Source: Deltaproteobacteria bacterium
GTDB taxonomy: Bacteria; Myxococcota_A; Polyangia; Fen-1088
Reading direction: 5' to 3'
Assembly (NCBI GenBank): GCA_033763315.1
Contig: JANRKS010000032.1
Location: forward strand, 192,001 to 256,000
DNA: 64,000 bases
The position numbers and the translations under genes were made by a program. Under the pieces are notes generated by a model that saw nothing but the letters and a program-made list of their open reading frames with translations, had not been told where the DNA came from and ran no database searches. Within the stretch, counting starts at the first letter, position 1. Each line of letters opens with the position of its first letter. Below, one piece after another: positions 38,148-48,025 of the stretch.

Positions 38148-38858
38148 CTATGTTGGCACCGACGCCGACGGTGCATCCACCAACGGCGACAAACTATCGT
38201 CTTGGATTTGCCCGTCGCGAATGCGCACGACGCGCTGGCAGCGTGCGGCCACATCCGGCTCATGCGTCACGATCACCATGGTCACGCCTGCGGCGTTGGT
38301 TTCTTGCAGCAGATCCATAATCTGATCTGACGTTTTTGTATCAAGCGCGCCGGTGGGCTCATCGGCCAGCACAAGCCGAGGCTTGGTGACAACGGCACGT
38401 GCGATGGCCACTCGCTGCTTCTCGCCGCCCGACATCTCAGACGGCAGATGTTCGGCGCGCGCGGTGAGCCCCACCCGCGAAAGCGCATCCATCGCCATTT
38501 CGCGCCGCAACTTGCGGGGGACGCCGCGGTACTGCAACGGCAGCTCAATGTTCTCGACCGCTGATTTTAAGCTCAGCAAGTTGAACGACTGGAACACGAA
38601 GCCCAAAAACTGATTGCGGTAAATCGCCGCCTGCCGTTCAGACAAGTTGCGCATCGGCGTGCCATCCAATTCATAGAGGCCCTCGTCGTAGTCATCAAGG
38701 ATGCCCAGGATGTTTAGCAACGTCGATTTGCCTGATCCCGAAGATCCCATAATCGCCACAAGCTCCCCCGCACCAATGTGCAGGTTGATCTGCCGCAACA
38801 CGGGCAACACGCGAGCGCCCGCCCGGTAGGACTTCGTGATGCCATCAAGGCGAATCAT
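38148..38858 (-). CDS. ABC transporter ATP-binding protein (MacB/LolD type)
   Basis: GSSGSGKST, MSGGEKQRVAIAR, LADEPTGALD. Confidence 0.95.
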   Translation of the reverse strand: MIRLDGITKSYRAGARVLPVLRQINLHIGAGELVAIMGSSGSGKSTLLNILGILDDYDEGLYELDGTPMRNLSERQAAIYRNQFLGFVFQSFNLLSLKSAVENIELPLQYRGVPRKLRREMAMDALSRVGLTARAEHLPSEMSGGEKQRVAIARAVVTKPRLVLADEPTGALDTKTSDQIMDLLQETNAAGVTMVIVTHEPDVAARCQRVVRIRDGQIQDDSLSPLVDAPSASVPT

Positions 38859-39085
38859 CGGCGCTCAGGATGCCACGCGAAGGTGGGTGGTGCAGGTCGC
38901 AGGGGGCCTAAACCCCGTACAGTGCTGACTTGCAAAGGCTTGCCCAAACGGCTGTTCCCAACATCTGACGAGCCGACAGCTTGGGTATGCGAGGGGCGCC
39001 AACAGGCAATGCTTGTTGCGTGGGCTAGGGAAAAAAGCGCGCTTGCCGCTGACCCGGAACCAGCGATCGACGCCTCCCTCTTTTC

Positions 39086-40057
39086 ATGAACCCTCGGCCA
39101 TCGAAAGCTCTCGGGCGCATCGGATCCACACGCGTCCTTCCCGCCCCACACCTACAGACGCAAACGCCTTCTGCCTCCTGGGCTCTTCTCGGCGCGCTGG
39201 CGCTCGTCGTCGCTGTGCCGGTTTCGGGCTGCTCGGGCGGGGGAGGTGACGAGGACGAGGTAAGCGGTGACGACGGGACGGGTGGCCCCGGCCAGGGCAA
39301 TGGCGCTTCGGGCGGAGCCGTGGGCCCGGGAGGGAATCCGCCCTCGGGCGGGGCCGGCGCGGGGGGCGATGGCAGCTCGACGGCTGGGGGGCGGCCCGGT
39401 GGTGGAGCAGGTTCGGGAGGACAGACCAGCGCAGGCGGCAACACGGGCGGTGGCGTAAACGGTACCGGAGGAAACCCCGGTGAAGGGGGAGCCTTTGGCG
39501 TCGGAGGTCCAGGCGGCAGGTTCGGTGGGGGCGGCCGCGGGGGGGGCCAGTCTGGCACAGGAGGCAGCCCGCCCGGCATGGGAGGCAGCCCACCCGTTCA
39601 GTCCGAGGGATGCGCCGTCACCAAGCCCAGCGCGTCGGGGAACGAGCCGGGGGGCGCCATTCCGGTGTGCTGCACACCGGGCGGGACGGACAAAGCCATG
39701 ATCGACGAGGTGTTCAGCCTGCTTAACGCGCACCGCATGGCCAACGGCCGTTCGGCTCTGGCCTACGACACCAAGCTCGAGCTGGCGATGCAAGGGCACT
39801 GCAAGCACATGGCGCAGCACTCGTTCTTCGACCATTCAGCGCCCGAAGGGTCCGTCTCGCGTTTCACAGATCGGGCCACCGCCTGCGGGGCCTCGGCGGC
39901 CGGTGAGAACATCGCCTACAACCAGCGCAGCGCGAGCCAGGTGATGACGAGCTGGAAGAACAGCTCGGGACACAACATGAACATGCTGAGCACGGGTTAC
40001 AAGCGGGTCGGCATAGGCCTTTACCAGTGGCGTTGGGGCCAGATCTTCGGCCGATGA
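39086..40057 (+). CDS. CAP/SCP-domain lipoprotein with Gly-rich stalk
   Basis: Lipobox VSGC, long Gly-rich linker, LNAHR, FFDH, GENIAY, WKNSSGHNMNML. Confidence 0.87.
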   Translation: MNPRPSKALGRIGSTRVLPAPHLQTQTPSASWALLGALALVVAVPVSGCSGGGGDEDEVSGDDGTGGPGQGNGASGGAVGPGGNPPSGGAGAGGDGSSTAGGRPGGGAGSGGQTSAGGNTGGGVNGTGGNPGEGGAFGVGGPGGRFGGGGRGGGQSGTGGSPPGMGGSPPVQSEGCAVTKPSASGNEPGGAIPVCCTPGGTDKAMIDEVFSLLNAHRMANGRSALAYDTKLELAMQGHCKHMAQHSFFDHSAPEGSVSRFTDRATACGASAAGENIAYNQRSASQVMTSWKNSSGHNMNMLSTGYKRVGIGLYQWRWGQIFGR

Positions 40058-40764
40058 GGCGGCACCACCTGGCCCTTCTTGGGGCGCTCCCCCTAGCCAG
40101 TCTCCTGCTGACCTGGCTCTTGTGGCCGACCCGGCCATCCGAACTGGCGCGGCCAGAGGGGCCCGTGGCAGCCGCCCCTGCGCCCGTCTCCACAACCACC
40201 CCGCCCCTGCCCGAACCCTCCCGTGGAGCCGCGGTCACCGAATTGCGCCAGGTCACGGGGCGCGTGGTGAACGATCAGCGAACCCCGGTGGGCGGCGCAC
40301 TGGTGGGCAGCACGGCGGCCACGGTCGAGGCGGTGCGGACCGACGGCGCTGGGCGCTTTTGGCTGCATGGCCTGCCCCCGGGCTGGCTCCAGGTTTACGC
40401 CGTCGCCCCCGGCCACGCGAGCCGGCACATCCTGCTCGAGCCGCAGCAAGACGTGGTCGAGCTGATCTTGGGCCGTGAGGCGAGCCTGCACGCCTCATTG
40501 TTCGCGCCCGCCCGCTCCGAACTGCTGGCGTCTATTTGCCGCCCCCGCGACTCCTTGCAGGAGGATCCGTTTTGCGTGGCCCGGGTGGTCGTGCCTGCGG
40601 GGCAACGCGCCTTCGAGATCGAACGTCTGCCCGAAGGTGAGCATGAGCTGTGGGTGGAGGAGCAGGGCCAGTTGTTATTGCAGCTACCGCTGTCGACCCG
40701 CGCCGGTGAACGCCTAGAGCTGGATGGGTTGCGGCTGCACGCAGAGGCGCCTGCTTCCCTCTAG
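40054..40764 (+). CDS. Membrane-anchored carboxypeptidase-regulatory-like domain protein
   Basis: ATGA overlap with the CAP gene; TM, then VTGRVV...TDGAGRF..GLPPG...APGH. Confidence 0.75.
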   Translation: MRRHHLALLGALPLASLLLTWLLWPTRPSELARPEGPVAAAPAPVSTTTPPLPEPSRGAAVTELRQVTGRVVNDQRTPVGGALVGSTAATVEAVRTDGAGRFWLHGLPPGWLQVYAVAPGHASRHILLEPQQDVVELILGREASLHASLFAPARSELLASICRPRDSLQEDPFCVARVVVPAGQRAFEIERLPEGEHELWVEEQGQLLLQLPLSTRAGERLELDGLRLHAEAPASL

Positions 40765-40825
40765 GGCATGTTGTTCCGGCCCTTGTCATCTGCCGGGCTC
40801 GAACTTAGCCACGGCCTAGCGCCGA

Positions 40826-41479
40826 CTACTGACACACGCCCGCGATGCACAGCAGGGGGATCCTGCAATCGGAGATTCGAGTACATGTGGCGGTCGTTGT
40901 TGTAGACGAAGCGCACGTGCCTGTGCTGGTGCATTTCATCGGTGCTTCACAAGTGCCTGGATCGGATGCGCCAGAGAAGGCAAAGACGCACATGCCGGTA
41001 GAATCACATCTCCGACACGTGCCATCACAAGAAGTTTTGCAACAAACACCGTCCACGCAAAAACCAGAAGCGCAACCCAATGGCAGTGAACACACCCTGC
41101 CGTTTTTGCGCGACAACTTAGGAAGCAGACTAAAGTCGTGCCGGTCCACAAGGGTTGTGTCGTACGAACGATAGAACGCCCGCTCCGAAATTTGTAATCC
41201 TTCTTTGAACCCAGTAATAGAAAACGGGCTTGAGCCGCTCACCTTGATGGGGATCGTTAGGATTTTGACTTCTCCCTCCCCGGGCACCTGGCCATTTCCC
41301 GGCGTGAACCAATCATAGGTGTACTCCTCTCCTGGAGTGCCCTCCTCGAACAACACACGAACCTCGTCAAGGCTTTCTGTCGTGTTGTTCGCGACCGTTG
41401 CGATCACAACGCGCTCTTGTGGGCCTTCGCATGAAAGTGTGAACGCAGCGTACGTTACAGCGAACATCAAACGTCGCAT
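40826..41479 (-). CDS. Lipoprotein with one copy of the Cys-rich repeat
   Basis: Start at 41479 (TGATG overlap), lipobox TLSC, CASGFCVDGVCCKTSCDGTCRRC. Confidence 0.72.
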   Translation of the reverse strand: MRRLMFAVTYAAFTLSCEGPQERVVIATVANNTTESLDEVRVLFEEGTPGEEYTYDWFTPGNGQVPGEGEVKILTIPIKVSGSSPFSITGFKEGLQISERAFYRSYDTTLVDRHDFSLLPKLSRKNGRVCSLPLGCASGFCVDGVCCKTSCDGTCRRCDSTGMCVFAFSGASDPGTCEAPMKCTSTGTCASSTTTTATCTRISDCRIPLLCIAGVCQ

Positions 41480-42033
41480 CAGAACCGCCCTCCTAAGGAA
41501 GCCCGGCCCAATGACATTTTGAATTCGCTTTGGCTGGGACGGCGGAGCAGCAAAAAGGTTCCGACCAAACAAACGATCGCCCCGCCCAGCAGCGTGGGAT
41601 AAAGCAGCGTTTCGTAGCGATCTTTCTCAGACTTGAGCGAATCGACTTCATCGATTTGCTGCTGGCGTTCGTCCTTGAGCTCCCTAGGCCACACCCCTTC
41701 AAAGCCTGCCTCGGCGAGCTCGATCTCGCGCCCTTTTGCGTTGGCGGCCGAGCGCAGCACGAACCCTCCAACGATCGATCCCAATCCAACCGCAATCATT
41801 GTGGGGCCGGCGATCGCGCGCCAGGTGGGCATCGGCTGCAGCGGCTCCACCACCATGACCGGGCCGGACGGCGCTGGCGGATAGGCACCGTCCAACGCTG
41901 CGGCTGCGGTTCCCTCAGCCGTTTGAGCCATTGCCGGTCGTGCCACAGCGCCACAAACGAACGCTGTAGCCCCAATTAAGCAACAGTAGGCGCCGCCAGA
42001 TTTTCGTGGCCCGTGAAAGGTCGGGAATTGCAT
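41479..42033 (-). CDS. Exported hypothetical protein with helical hairpin and C-terminal beta-signal-like GGRF
   Basis: Signal ending AMA-Q, two hydrophobic segments flanking a coiled coil, ends SLGRASLGGRF. Start uncertain. Confidence 0.62.
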   Translation of the reverse strand: MQFPTFHGPRKSGGAYCCLIGATAFVCGAVARPAMAQTAEGTAAAALDGAYPPAPSGPVMVVEPLQPMPTWRAIAGPTMIAVGLGSIVGGFVLRSAANAKGREIELAEAGFEGVWPRELKDERQQQIDEVDSLKSEKDRYETLLYPTLLGGAIVCLVGTFLLLRRPSQSEFKMSLGRASLGGRF

Positions 42034-42125
42034 CGGCTGCGTTCTAGTCCAGTTCGTTACATTTTGTAAATGGGGTGTCGCGTTTGCCTGTACCAAATGC
42101 ATCACGTTGTGGCACTGTGCCGCCC

Positions 42126-44972
42126 ATGCGTTTTGGTCGTTGGGCCCCCGTTGCCACTGTGTTTCTATCTGCCATTTCAGCCTGTGGGCATCGTGCGAGT
42201 CGCGGCCTGCCGGATGCGCAGTCACTCGCGAAGGAACCTGTCCTTCAAAAAGGCGGCTTAGGGTTGGGGACGATTAAGTTCGGGACGGCTCAAACTCAGC
42301 TACCCAGCGGGCTGCGTGTTGGATACGAGCGAACGGCCACCAACGGGATGGTCGGAATCGTAATTACCATCGGCGCAGGTTCCGCCAAAGATCCCGCGGG
42401 ACAAGAAGGGTTGGCACACTTTGCCGAGCACGTTGTCTTTCGCTCCAAGCACAACAAAGACATCACCTTAGACGCACGTCTGAAGTTGACCGGTGCGACT
42501 GGCATTAACGCCACCACATCTCCCGATGTAACCACTTTCTACGCATTCGTTCCCGCTTCGAGGTTCGCTGACCTTGCGAAGGAATTGGGACAGATGTTGG
42601 CAGACCCCGTCTCCGCGATTGAGGAGTCTGACGCTGTCACAGAGCGCGAGGTGATCAAAAATGAATTGCGTCAGCGCGATGAAACAGGGCTCGGTGGCCA
42701 AATGCGATCGTGGATTGCTGAGACACTCATGCCAACAACGCACGCTTACAGGCGTTCCATCGGCGGCTCATTGGAATCCGTGGATAAGCTGTCGCTCGCG
42801 GCGGCGGCTGAATTCACCAAAGCGAATTACCTGCCCATCAACACAAGCGTCATGCTTGTAGCCGAAGACTCGTTTGGGAAAACGCTTGAGGAATTGCGCA
42901 GCGGGCTGGCGGCATCGTGGAAAGGCGAATCCACGGCGACCATCGCACCCCAAATCCCAAGCTTGCCGAACGTGGTTCAAGAAGTTCCTGCAGAACCCAA
43001 AGAAGGCGCCGTCACACACTACGCGGCCGTCGAAGCACCAACGTTGATCATTTCATGGCGTGTTCCGTCGCTGTATTCAGAGGGTGGGCACATCTCGCAA
43101 ATCGTTACGGCCCGCGCAGCGCTTGATGAATTGGAGGTGGCCACCGAGCGGCTGGATGCCGTTGAACACGCCAACGCTTGGGCGCAGCACTATTTGGACA
43201 CCACCATCATCTCTTGTGTGGTTGAGCTCAAAGATCCGTTGGCATGGAAAGACGTCGCGAAGTCGGTCAAGGCGTTCTACACAGAACGTTTTAGCCCATA
43301 CACACAGGACGATTGGCAGTACGTGGCGGCACGCACGGGGTACGCTTCAGCGAATCAGGCCGCATCGAACTACAGCTATTATCTGGCATCCCTTAGGCAA
43401 CGCACCACCGCGGAATCGTTGTTCGCATCCGAGTCGTATGTATCGCGGGTGCAGCAGTTGGCCGGCTTTTTACACTTCACCAATAACCTGAACGCTTTCT
43501 CGGGGCACCTGGGGCAGATCAGAAAAACCAGCTACCGCGAGTTGGCGAGCATTTTGCCCAGCTACCTTTCTGAATCGCACGCGCGCGTGGTCTATATTCA
43601 CGCCAAACAAAGTACCGCGTTACCCAACGTTTCAGGCACAGGTGTCGCGCGCGGCGACGTGCTCGAGAAGGTGGCCGAGCGGCCGGGCGAAGGAACGCTT
43701 TTGTCTGCACCGCCTCGGACGCGACCTGATGAAGCGTACGCGACGATGAAAAGGGTTGTTCTCCCCAATGGACTCACCACCATTGCGTTGAGAAAAGCCG
43801 CCTATCCCACCGTCACGGCGGTGCTGGCTTTCCGCACCGGATGGGCCGCAAGCTCGCCACCCGCTGCCGAGCGGTTGGTGCGCATGCTTGAACAGTATAG
43901 GGGCAGCACCCGAGCTGATGCCGGCCTTAAGGTGCAGGCGATCAACCTGACAGATCTCAGCGCCGATTATGTGGTGGGCGGCCGTTCCAATTTGCCGCAC
44001 GCACTGGGCTTGTTGGCCAGCGGACTCGTGCAGACTGATGCAACGATTGACTGGACCCAGGTGTCATCCTCGTTGAAGGCGCAGCCGCTGCGTTCGTCAT
44101 CGATGTCGCCTGACGAAGCGCTTTATCAAGATCTGATGAACGCACTTTATCCGAACTCGCCGCTGGCGCATGTGCCCTCCCCCAGCAACTTGCGGGCTCT
44201 GTCGGCTTCGGAAGTGCAACGTTGGCTGCAGCGAAGTCGACATCCCTCAAACGCCGTGCTGGTAATGGCGGGCGATCTTGAGCCGGCGGCTGCGTTGAAG
44301 TGGGCGGCACGTATTTTTGGCCAGTGGCGCGGCGCTATGGATGAGCCCGCACCCGCACCCGCCATTGCCGCGCCCGCTCCGTCGTTCACTCAAAAGAAGG
44401 TTTTCACCCGCACTCCTACGAACGATCGACCCCAGGTTGAGGTGACAATCGCGTGCAGGCTTCCGGCGGCTGGCAAGCGTGGTGAGGGTACGTACGACCT
44501 ATTGGCCGGCGTCGTGGGTGGTTGGCTGGGCACGCGGCTTCGCGAAGAAGCGGGGCTTTCGTACGGCGTTTCCGGCGGTGCACGCATCTACCGGGGCGGG
44601 GCTTCGCACATGAGCCTGAATGTGGCAGTTGACCGAACACATCTGATCAAAGCGCTCAAAATCATTAATGGGCACTGGAGTGCGTTCACATCAAATGGCT
44701 TCGACAAAGGTAGTGTGAGCCAGATCCGATGGAACCTGAGCACCGCTTCGAACTTTGGCTCCACCACATCAGCGGCGCTTGCTGTCGCAGTCGCGAACGC
44801 CGTGGTCCGAGGCGATGAACCCGATTACGCCGAACGGTATCGCAATGATCTGATGGCGGTCACCGATTCCGACCTGCGAGAAGCGTTTCGCACGTGCGCT
44901 CAAACCACGCGTTATGGCCTGGTCGGCGATGCTGCCGTGATCGATGAAGCGGTGAGGGCCGCGGGTTTGTAG
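42126..44972 (+). CDS. M16 (insulinase-family) zinc peptidase lipoprotein
   Basis: Lipobox ISAC, HFAEH, NATT, EREVIKNELRQR, C-terminal RLREEAGLSY. Confidence 0.9.
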   Translation: MRFGRWAPVATVFLSAISACGHRASRGLPDAQSLAKEPVLQKGGLGLGTIKFGTAQTQLPSGLRVGYERTATNGMVGIVITIGAGSAKDPAGQEGLAHFAEHVVFRSKHNKDITLDARLKLTGATGINATTSPDVTTFYAFVPASRFADLAKELGQMLADPVSAIEESDAVTEREVIKNELRQRDETGLGGQMRSWIAETLMPTTHAYRRSIGGSLESVDKLSLAAAAEFTKANYLPINTSVMLVAEDSFGKTLEELRSGLAASWKGESTATIAPQIPSLPNVVQEVPAEPKEGAVTHYAAVEAPTLIISWRVPSLYSEGGHISQIVTARAALDELEVATERLDAVEHANAWAQHYLDTTIISCVVELKDPLAWKDVAKSVKAFYTERFSPYTQDDWQYVAARTGYASANQAASNYSYYLASLRQRTTAESLFASESYVSRVQQLAGFLHFTNNLNAFSGHLGQIRKTSYRELASILPSYLSESHARVVYIHAKQSTALPNVSGTGVARGDVLEKVAERPGEGTLLSAPPRTRPDEAYATMKRVVLPNGLTTIALRKAAYPTVTAVLAFRTGWAASSPPAAERLVRMLEQYRGSTRADAGLKVQAINLTDLSADYVVGGRSNLPHALGLLASGLVQTDATIDWTQVSSSLKAQPLRSSSMSPDEALYQDLMNALYPNSPLAHVPSPSNLRALSASEVQRWLQRSRHPSNAVLVMAGDLEPAAALKWAARIFGQWRGAMDEPAPAPAIAAPAPSFTQKKVFTRTPTNDRPQVEVTIACRLPAAGKRGEGTYDLLAGVVGGWLGTRLREEAGLSYGVSGGARIYRGGASHMSLNVAVDRTHLIKALKIINGHWSAFTSNGFDKGSVSQIRWNLSTASNFGSTTSAALAVAVANAVVRGDEPDYAERYRNDLMAVTDSDLREAFRTCAQTTRYGLVGDAAVIDEAVRAAGL

Positions 44973-45047
44973 GACGCAGGCGCCACCATCGCCGCTGTGA
45001 TCATGAAGATCGAGCAGAGCGATGGTGTGCATTGACCGGCGATTCCG

Positions 45048-47063
45048 CTAGTTGGCGCCGCTCTTCTTCGGCGCGCCGATCTTCACAAAAACCACGCTGT
45101 GTTTGAGTACGGTGGCGGTGAACACATCTGAGCGAACCCCGAGATCCTTGCCGCGCCACAGATCGCGGACGGGTTGTTTGCCGGTGATTCCCAGCTTCGC
45201 CCAAGTGGCCGAAATTTTCGTGGGCGCTGAGCCCGTGTTGAAGAGGCCCACGGCAATGGTGCCATCATGCAAGGGCCGCGACCAAACCTGCGTTGTGCCG
45301 TCGGCGGTTTGCGTTTGATCAACGCGTGATGCCGCCTTGCCTAGCGGGTCTTGATCCACGGCAATGACCTCGTCGTTGGTGAGCAGGTCAAGCGTGAACT
45401 TGTCCAACGCGGTCATGTCGCAACCGATGAGCAGAGGCGCGGCAAGCAGGCTCCACAGTGTGATGTGGGTGAGCTGTTCGTGCGGCGCAAGACGTGTGGG
45501 GTGCAGAGCTGGGCCCCAGCCAACCTTGCCAACGATGAGCATGTCAGGATCGTTCCAGGCGCCAGGTCCGGCGTGGGCTTCGTGGCCTGCTTGGCCAAAG
45601 CCTATACCCATCATGCTTGGCCAGGTGTCGGTGATATCGCCCGTGGTTCGCCACACTTGGCCACCCACCGCCTTGCCCCACTCCCACACTTTTCCCATGC
45701 CATATTGGCACAAAGAGAACACGACATCGCGATCGGTACTCTCCAAGGCCGCGCTCATGATCTTATAGGGCTTTTGCAACGCTTCGAGAGACTTGTCGTT
45801 CTTTACGATATCGCCATACGAGCACCAATCGTACTTGAGATAATCGATGCCCCACTTTGCAAATGTGCGGGCGTCTTGCTGTTCGTGTTTGTAACTGCCT
45901 TCGTATTTTCCACACGTCAGCGGCCCCGGAGATGAATAGATGCCAAGCTTCAAGCCTTTGCTGTGAACGTAGTCGGCCAAAGCTTTCATATCGGGGAACT
46001 TCTCATTCGTCTGAATCTCACCCGTGGCGTCGCGTTTCCCTTCCCAGGCGTCGTCGATGTTGATGTACGCGTAACCATGCGCGGCCAAGCCGCTTGAAAC
46101 CATCGCGTCGGCGGCCGCGCGTACCTTGTCGGCGTCCACGGCGGTGCCCCACGCGTTCCACGAATTCCATCCCATGGGCGGTGTTTGTGCCAACTTGCGT
46201 GGGCCCGCCACGATGGTCACTTCGCTTGACGTTGAGCCTCGCTGGCCTGTGACGGTCAGCGTGACCGTGGTTGTTCCCGCCTCTTGTATCGCACCAGAGA
46301 TGATGCCCGTGGCTTCATCAAGCCGCAGTCCGGCGGGCAAATTCGCTGCAGCGAACTTCAAAGGACCTCTGCCCGTGGCAGCAACAAGAAACAAAAAAGG
46401 CTTCTTGGGTGTGGCACCAACTTGGCGGGCGGAGTGAATCGCGGGGCGTTCATCCTTTGCCGAATGGATGATGGGCGCCGGCGGATGTGGTTCGGCGTAC
46501 GAAATGGGCCGCTTGTTGGTGCCGGGCTTCAACGTGAAGAACGCGCCGATCCAATTGGCGTTGTCCCACTTTTCCACGTCGGTGGTGTCGGTGAGAACGG
46601 CCAAACGCATGTTGCGCGCCTTGGAGAGATCTACATCGAGCACCTTGGGCGGGTCGCCAAATTTCATCGGGCCGCTTTCGCTGGCGCGCTTGCCATCAAC
46701 GAAGATCTCAAAGCGCAACACGCCGCCATGGCGCCCACGATCGTCAATGCCCACCAGTGTTGTAAACCGCGTGGCGCTGCCGTTGAGTGCCACATTGAGC
46801 TCTGTGGGCCCTCTCGTGCCGACGCCGTGCGGGTAAACGATGCCCTTGATGGTCAGCTGTTTTCCGTTGATCGCCTTGCGCGCGACCGTCTGGCCTTCAG
46901 AGGCGACCATATGGCTTAAATCGACGTCTTCAAGCCAAACGCCGTGATCCGGCAGCGCTGCGTTGGTGAACTCTTCAACAGAAGGCGTGCGGACCTGTGC
47001 ATGAGCGGCACCGAACGACGCTGCCACGCATGTGGCCAACATCACAAGCGAGTGATTGAACAT
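45048..47063 (-). CDS. GH27 alpha-galactosidase with N-terminal NPCBM and Ig-like domains
   Basis: TPPMGWNSWN, NIDDAW, YLKYDWC, WRTTGDI, WNDPDML; NPCBM-like YPHGVGT..VGIDD; LPAGLRLD Ig motif. Confidence 0.92.
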   Translation of the reverse strand: MFNHSLVMLATCVAASFGAAHAQVRTPSVEEFTNAALPDHGVWLEDVDLSHMVASEGQTVARKAINGKQLTIKGIVYPHGVGTRGPTELNVALNGSATRFTTLVGIDDRGRHGGVLRFEIFVDGKRASESGPMKFGDPPKVLDVDLSKARNMRLAVLTDTTDVEKWDNANWIGAFFTLKPGTNKRPISYAEPHPPAPIIHSAKDERPAIHSARQVGATPKKPFLFLVAATGRGPLKFAAANLPAGLRLDEATGIISGAIQEAGTTTVTLTVTGQRGSTSSEVTIVAGPRKLAQTPPMGWNSWNAWGTAVDADKVRAAADAMVSSGLAAHGYAYINIDDAWEGKRDATGEIQTNEKFPDMKALADYVHSKGLKLGIYSSPGPLTCGKYEGSYKHEQQDARTFAKWGIDYLKYDWCSYGDIVKNDKSLEALQKPYKIMSAALESTDRDVVFSLCQYGMGKVWEWGKAVGGQVWRTTGDITDTWPSMMGIGFGQAGHEAHAGPGAWNDPDMLIVGKVGWGPALHPTRLAPHEQLTHITLWSLLAAPLLIGCDMTALDKFTLDLLTNDEVIAVDQDPLGKAASRVDQTQTADGTTQVWSRPLHDGTIAVGLFNTGSAPTKISATWAKLGITGKQPVRDLWRGKDLGVRSDVFTATVLKHSVVFVKIGAPKKSGAN

Positions 47064-47174
47064 ATCGAACGGTACTCCGAAGGGCCGCTTCGCGCGAGTG
47101 TCGGCGGCAAACTTAAACTCGCGCGGCTGTCAGTGTCCAAGGCTACATATGGCGCGTCAGCTTGCTGCACGAGG

Positions 47175-47912
47175 CTAGTTGTTCCCGCCTTTGGAGATGC
47201 AACAGCGTTTGAATTTCTTGCCGCTGCCGCAAGGGCACAAGCCCTTCCGCGAGGGACCTTGCCGATGAATGGGGGCGTTCTCGTTCGCTTTTTCGTGCGG
47301 CGTGAGACCGTCAAGCTCCGGCCTGGCTGTGTGGTTCCACGCTTCCATCAACACAGGCACAAAGTCTTGTACCGCCTTGGCGCTTGGCGGAGGTGGGAGC
47401 CGCCGCTGCAAGTGCTGAAACACATCCATGGGTGTGCGGCTCGTGCTTAGAAGTTCGCGGAACTCCTGCGAGGTGATGTCCCAGTGCATGCGCTTGAGCG
47501 CGGCGGTCAGTTTGGTGTCAATCTCGTCAGGCTCATAGGGCTCAGGTGGGGTGGGAGGATCTTCATCCATCGCAACCGTCTCATCCAGATGAACCGCAGG
47601 GTGTGGTCCTGCCGCCCAAGGCATGCCGTGCCAATGGTGAATCAGGAACTCTTCTTCGCGGCATGTGTCACACATCGCGAGGATGGTGTCGTCTGGTTGC
47701 TTGATCACCAACAGGAACCCAACGCACCCCACACCTTCGGGGCGAAAGCGGCACGGAATCAGTGTGGCGCGACCCTCGGAATGGCGCAGCGGCCCGCCGT
47801 ACTCGATACACTGGGCCACGCGAATGGCTCTCATTCGCACGGGACCCGATTCAGGGAACGCGCCCGACGGATCGATCCAGTCGTGCGGATCGACGACGAT
47901 CATCTTTGACAT
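47175..47912 (-). CDS. SEC-C motif protein with N-terminal putative Zn-binding domain
   Basis: C-terminal CPCGSGKKFKRCC; N-terminal C..C..CxxC; WNHT..L.GLTP. Start supported by TAGGAT 8 nt upstream. Confidence 0.72.
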   Translation of the reverse strand: MSKMIVVDPHDWIDPSGAFPESGPVRMRAIRVAQCIEYGGPLRHSEGRATLIPCRFRPEGVGCVGFLLVIKQPDDTILAMCDTCREEEFLIHHWHGMPWAAGPHPAVHLDETVAMDEDPPTPPEPYEPDEIDTKLTAALKRMHWDITSQEFRELLSTSRTPMDVFQHLQRRLPPPPSAKAVQDFVPVLMEAWNHTARPELDGLTPHEKANENAPIHRQGPSRKGLCPCGSGKKFKRCCISKGGNN

Positions 47913-48025
47913 GCGACCGAATCCTAGCGCGAAAATTGCTTGAGGGCCGTGTGGTTCGGCGGCACGGGGAGGGTTCATGAATCGCGCTTTGATTTCAACG
48001 CCGCCGTTCGCGTAAACTCAGCTTC

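Noticed and set aside
34531-38858. MacAB-like exporter with two permeases and no TolC
   Set aside because: This split architecture is common and TolC can be supplied in trans.
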